Assembly: GCA_016207115.1 (NCBI GenBank)
Contig: JACQQI010000007.1
Coordinates: 1-56,482, forward strand
Length of the DNA: 56,482 nt
Source: Candidatus Nealsonbacteria bacterium
Lineage (GTDB): Bacteria > Patescibacteriota > Minisyncoccia > Minisyncoccales > GWA2-46-15
Reading direction: 5' to 3'
In this document: piece after piece, positions 53,501 to 56,482 of the stretch
How positions within the stretch are numbered: position 1 is the first letter of the stretch
Layout: each line of letters opens with the position of its first letter
The notes under the pieces: model-generated
The model's database searches: none
What the model saw: the letters and a program-made list of their open reading frames with translations, nothing else
Told to the model about the DNA's origin: nothing
Made by a program: the position numbers and the translations under genes

Positions 53501-54290
53501 AATCCGTCGTTATCTCAGGCTCTGGCGCCTTCTTCTAAGGCTTAGCTTGAGCGAGATGCTGATGTTCCGGATCAACGGTCTGTTGTTTGGCTTGGCGCCG
53601 ATCGTCTGGGCGGCGACCGTTCTGATCTTCCTGGGCGTCATTTTTTCTAAGGTCAAGACGCTGGGCGGCTGGAGTCTATGGGAAACAGTTTTTCTACTGG
53701 GTGTGAGCGAAACTGTTTTCGTCGTCTACTGGGCGAGTTTTCTCATCAATTTGAGAAACTTCATCAACGAGGTCAGAACCGGCCGGTTCGACCAGTCGCT
53801 GTTAAAACCGATCAATTCGCGCTTCCTCGTCTCTTTCCGAACGCTGGACTTCACCCTTCTGGGTAGCTTCATTAATTCCCTAGCGATTTTTGTGGTTTCC
53901 CTGGCGAAAGTTAGTGATCAGATCCATTTTTCGCGGTTACCGGGGTTTCTCTTTCTTTTGGCGGCCGCCTATGCCATTTGCTATCTTTTTCACTTCATTT
54001 TCGCCAGCCTGGCTTTTTGGGTCGTCAATGCCCGACCATTCTTGGACTGGATTTTCGAGATCGCAGATTTCGGCCATTATCCAGCCGGAATCTACCCCCC
54101 ATCTTTAAGAATGTTCTTTACTTTTTTTATACCCATTCTCTTTTTCGGCTATTTCCCGACCGCCTTTTTACTCGGCCGTTTGGATAATCTTTATCTGGGG
54201 ATAGCTATTTTGCTCATCCTGGCTCTCTCTATCATCTCTCGCTTGGTGTGGCGGGCGGGTTTGCAGCGTTACCAATCCGCCAGTTCTTGA
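53481..54290 (+). CDS. ABC-2-type permease, type B copy 2
   Basis: 'VRTGRFDQSLLKPINSRFLVS'. 20-nt overlap with the previous gene. Confidence 0.7.
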   Translation: MKPLVSEIRRYLRLWRLLLRLSLSEMLMFRINGLLFGLAPIVWAATVLIFLGVIFSKVKTLGGWSLWETVFLLGVSETVFVVYWASFLINLRNFINEVRTGRFDQSLLKPINSRFLVSFRTLDFTLLGSFINSLAIFVVSLAKVSDQIHFSRLPGFLFLLAAAYAICYLFHFIFASLAFWVVNARPFLDWIFEIADFGHYPAGIYPPSLRMFFTFFIPILFFGYFPTAFLLGRLDNLYLGIAILLILALSIISRLVWRAGLQRYQSASS

Positions 54291-54321
54291 TATAATCATA
54301 CTATTGAGCTAGAACAAACCT

Positions 54322-55305
54322 ATGGCCGCCATTTCCGTCAAGCATTTGAAGAAGTATTACCGGGTTCACCAGAAAGAACCTGGCCTTTTGGGTTCGTTGA
54401 AGTCCTTGGTACAGAGAAAGTATTTTAACGTGGAAGCGGCCAACGACGTTTCTTTTGAGATCAAAGAAGGGGAACTGGTGGGATTCATCGGTCCCAACGG
54501 CGCGGGAAAAACCACGACCTTAAAATGCCTTTCCGGGCTTCTCTATCCGGACGCGGGCGAGGTCCAGGTGCTGGGTTTTAATCCCTGGGACCGAAAACAG
54601 ACTTTTTTGAAACAGATCTCCTTGGTCATGGGGCAGAAAAACCAGCTCTGGTGGGATCTGCCGCCGATCGAGACTTTCAACCTGAACAAAGAGATTTATG
54701 AGGTGCCCGACGCCCAGTACAAAAAGACTTTAGACGAACTGGTTCAATTGCTGGAAGTAGAAGACGTTTTAAAGATTCAGGTCCGGAAACTTTCCCTGGG
54801 CCAAAGGATGAAATGCGAGCTGATCGCCGCCTTGTTGCATTCACCCAAAGTTTTATTCCTGGACGAACCGACCATCGGTTTAGATGTGGTCATGCAGAAG
54901 AAAATCCGGGATTTCATCAAAGAATACAATCAAAAACACCAGGCGACGATCATCTTGACCTCGCACTACATGGGCGATGTCGAAGAACTTTGCCAGAGAA
55001 TCATGATCATCGACAAAGGCCAACTCGTTTTTGACGGCCAGCTTTCCGAGATTATCCAAAAGTACGCCGATCACAAGCTCGTTTCCTTGATTTTGAATCA
55101 GGCGGTGGATCCCAAAGTCGTGGCCAAGATTTTTCCCGTCAAAGAGTTTGTCTATCCCAAGCTGGTTCTGATGGTCAAGAGAGATCAGATTGCCTCAACG
55201 ACGGCCCGCGCCCTGGAACAGTTGCCCGTGGCGGATTTATCGATCGAGGAGGCGGCCATCGAAGACATCATCCGTGAGCTTTTCACCGGCAAAGACTACG
55301 CCTAG
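54322..55305 (+). CDS. ABC transporter ATP-binding protein
   Basis: Walker A 'GPNGAGKTT'. Signature 'LSLGQRMK'. Walker B 'VLFLDEPTIGLD'. Confidence 0.9.
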   Translation: MAAISVKHLKKYYRVHQKEPGLLGSLKSLVQRKYFNVEAANDVSFEIKEGELVGFIGPNGAGKTTTLKCLSGLLYPDAGEVQVLGFNPWDRKQTFLKQISLVMGQKNQLWWDLPPIETFNLNKEIYEVPDAQYKKTLDELVQLLEVEDVLKIQVRKLSLGQRMKCELIAALLHSPKVLFLDEPTIGLDVVMQKKIRDFIKEYNQKHQATIILTSHYMGDVEELCQRIMIIDKGQLVFDGQLSEIIQKYADHKLVSLILNQAVDPKVVAKIFPVKEFVYPKLVLMVKRDQIASTTARALEQLPVADLSIEEAAIEDIIRELFTGKDYA

Positions 55306-55336
55306 AAGTTTTAAGATTTTTCGTATTTTCAACGAG

Positions 55337-55365
55337 AGGCGGCCAAGCGGTCGCCTTTAAAATTT
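55337..55365 (+). terminator. Rho-independent terminator
   Basis: aggcggcc-aagc-ggtcgcct (8 bp including one G-U) followed by ttaaaattt. Confidence 0.55.
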
Positions 55366-55392
55366 GTTAAAATGAGATGGGATTAAAGAACA

Positions 55393-56367
55393 ATGGCGAA
55401 ATTAAGCTTTAAGACAATATTAGATATCGTGCCGACGAAGCCGTTTCATTTCGACTCGACTTTTTTCAAGCCGGGTCATTTTCCATCCAAAGATATGAGA
55501 TGGCAGTCGGGCAAGCGATGGCAGACCATGCTTTGGAAGGGCCAGAAGTTGGGCACGGTCTTTGAAAACGCGGGCAAGACCGGCAGCCCCAAGGTTAAAG
55601 TTTCGGTTTTTTCGGAGAAAAAACTGTCTCCGGAATTCATTGATTCGGTCAAAAACGAGGTGATTTGGCGCTACAACCTAGACCTGAATTTATCTGGCTT
55701 TTACCGTAGCGTCACGAAAGACCCTTTATTGAAGCCGATCATCGAGAAATTTCATGGTCTGCGGCCGATGCACCACGGTTCTTTGTATGAATACCTGATC
55801 ATCGCCATCGTTCTCCAGAATGCCACGGTTCGCCGGAGCGTTTATATGATGCAGACGCTTTTTGAAAACTACAGCCGCCGATTGGAGTTTGCCGGCGAGA
55901 AACTCTGGTGTTTCTGGGAACCGAAAGTCTTGGCTCAGGCCTCGGAGCAGAAACTGCGCCAGTTAAAGATGGGCTACCGGGCTAAATTTCTGATCAAGGT
56001 CTCGGAGCCCTTTGCGGCCGGGACTCTCGACGAAATGAAGCTGAGAAAAGAGGGCGCAGCCGAGCAGGCCGAAGCTTTAATCTCTCTTTACGGCATCGGC
56101 CCAGCTTCGGTGGACTACATCATGTCCGACGCCTTTCATCGCTGGGATTTCCTCAATCACATTTCACCCTGGGAACAGAAAATCTACAACCACATTTTCT
56201 TTAACCAGAACTGGGAGAAAAAATTAGTGCCGGTGGACAGAATGCTCAAGCGTTTTGATAAGTGGGGAGAGTGGAAGAACTTGGCGGTCCATTATGTTTG
56301 GGAAGACATCTGGTGGAAAAGAAGAAATCAGCACATTCCCTGGTTGGAAAAGTTGGTGCGTCTCTAA
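55393..56367 (+). CDS. HhH-GPD superfamily DNA glycosylase (AlkA/Ogg-like)
   Basis: 'AEALISLYGIGPASVDYIMSDAF' helix-hairpin-helix. Size and layout fit the 3-methyladenine/8-oxoG glycosylase family. Confidence 0.55.
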   Translation: MAKLSFKTILDIVPTKPFHFDSTFFKPGHFPSKDMRWQSGKRWQTMLWKGQKLGTVFENAGKTGSPKVKVSVFSEKKLSPEFIDSVKNEVIWRYNLDLNLSGFYRSVTKDPLLKPIIEKFHGLRPMHHGSLYEYLIIAIVLQNATVRRSVYMMQTLFENYSRRLEFAGEKLWCFWEPKVLAQASEQKLRQLKMGYRAKFLIKVSEPFAAGTLDEMKLRKEGAAEQAEALISLYGIGPASVDYIMSDAFHRWDFLNHISPWEQKIYNHIFFNQNWEKKLVPVDRMLKRFDKWGEWKNLAVHYVWEDIWWKRRNQHIPWLEKLVRL

Positions 56368-56482
56368 TGATAATAAAATTCTTTTCAGAAAAAAGTAATT
56401 TAATCGCTATCGCCGCTATTAACCTTTTCTTGATTTTTGGTTTGGCCACTCTTTCTTCTCACGGCATGGTTTGGGACGAAGC
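56367..56482 (+). CDS. Partial CDS (5' end only), possibly a GT39/ArnT-like membrane glycosyltransferase
   Basis: 'MIIKFFSEKSNLIAIAAINLFLIFGLATLSSHGMVWDE' runs off the window. ATG overlaps the preceding TAA. Confidence 0.3.
   Translation, partial: MIIKFFSEKSNLIAIAAINLFLIFGLATLSSHGMVWDE

Noticed and set aside
51051-55305. A genomic island integrated at tRNA-Gly.
   Set aside because: There is no integrase or recombinase. By eye I found no downstream direct repeat of the tRNA 3' end. The genes after the tRNA form an ordinary-looking ABC transporter operon starting 1 nt after the CCA.

Overview
56.5-kb bacterial window in which essentially every gene is on the + strand; only the RNase P RNA and one doubtful mini-ORF are on the minus strand. 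Standard code 11 fits, since TGA ends conserved genes such as secD and pgk. Giant secreted proteins with (Ser-Pro)n linkers, sigma-r4/HARE-HTH and DUF5667-type proteins, compact overlapping genes, and shortened pgk and recJ suggest a small-genome, CPR/Patescibacteria-like organism. This taxonomic placement is inference only. LEFT 26 kb (50-26338) is an envelope/attachment island. It holds an HTH regulator, an ECF sigma and an anti-sigma-like protein, followed by seven secreted proteins totalling about 7,400 codons. These comprise three giants of 1045, 1368 and 2578 aa, two phage-tail-fibre-like paralogues, a small anchored protein and an HExxH protease. Four of them share a 'PS-linker + helix + PG_binding_1' wall-anchor cassette. 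A hicB-hicB-hicA cassette bracketed by a duplicated terminator sits between the two fibre/anchor gene pairs. RIGHT 30 kb is mostly housekeeping: murB; a polyamine operon; two GNATs; secA, secD and secF; an orphan VirD4/TraG-like ATPase module; pgk; a recJ-like gene; rnhA; rnpB; murJ; lepA; an ftsB-like gene; tRNA-Gly(CCC); an ABC system with four permeases; and a DNA glycosylase. The polyamine operon runs speH, deoxyhypusine-synthase-like gene, speB. The DHS-like gene carries a 353-codon HNH/NUMOD intein. The operon is preceded by a leader with a poly-lysine mini-ORF and an intrinsic terminator. All domain names come from motif recognition by eye; no database search was run.
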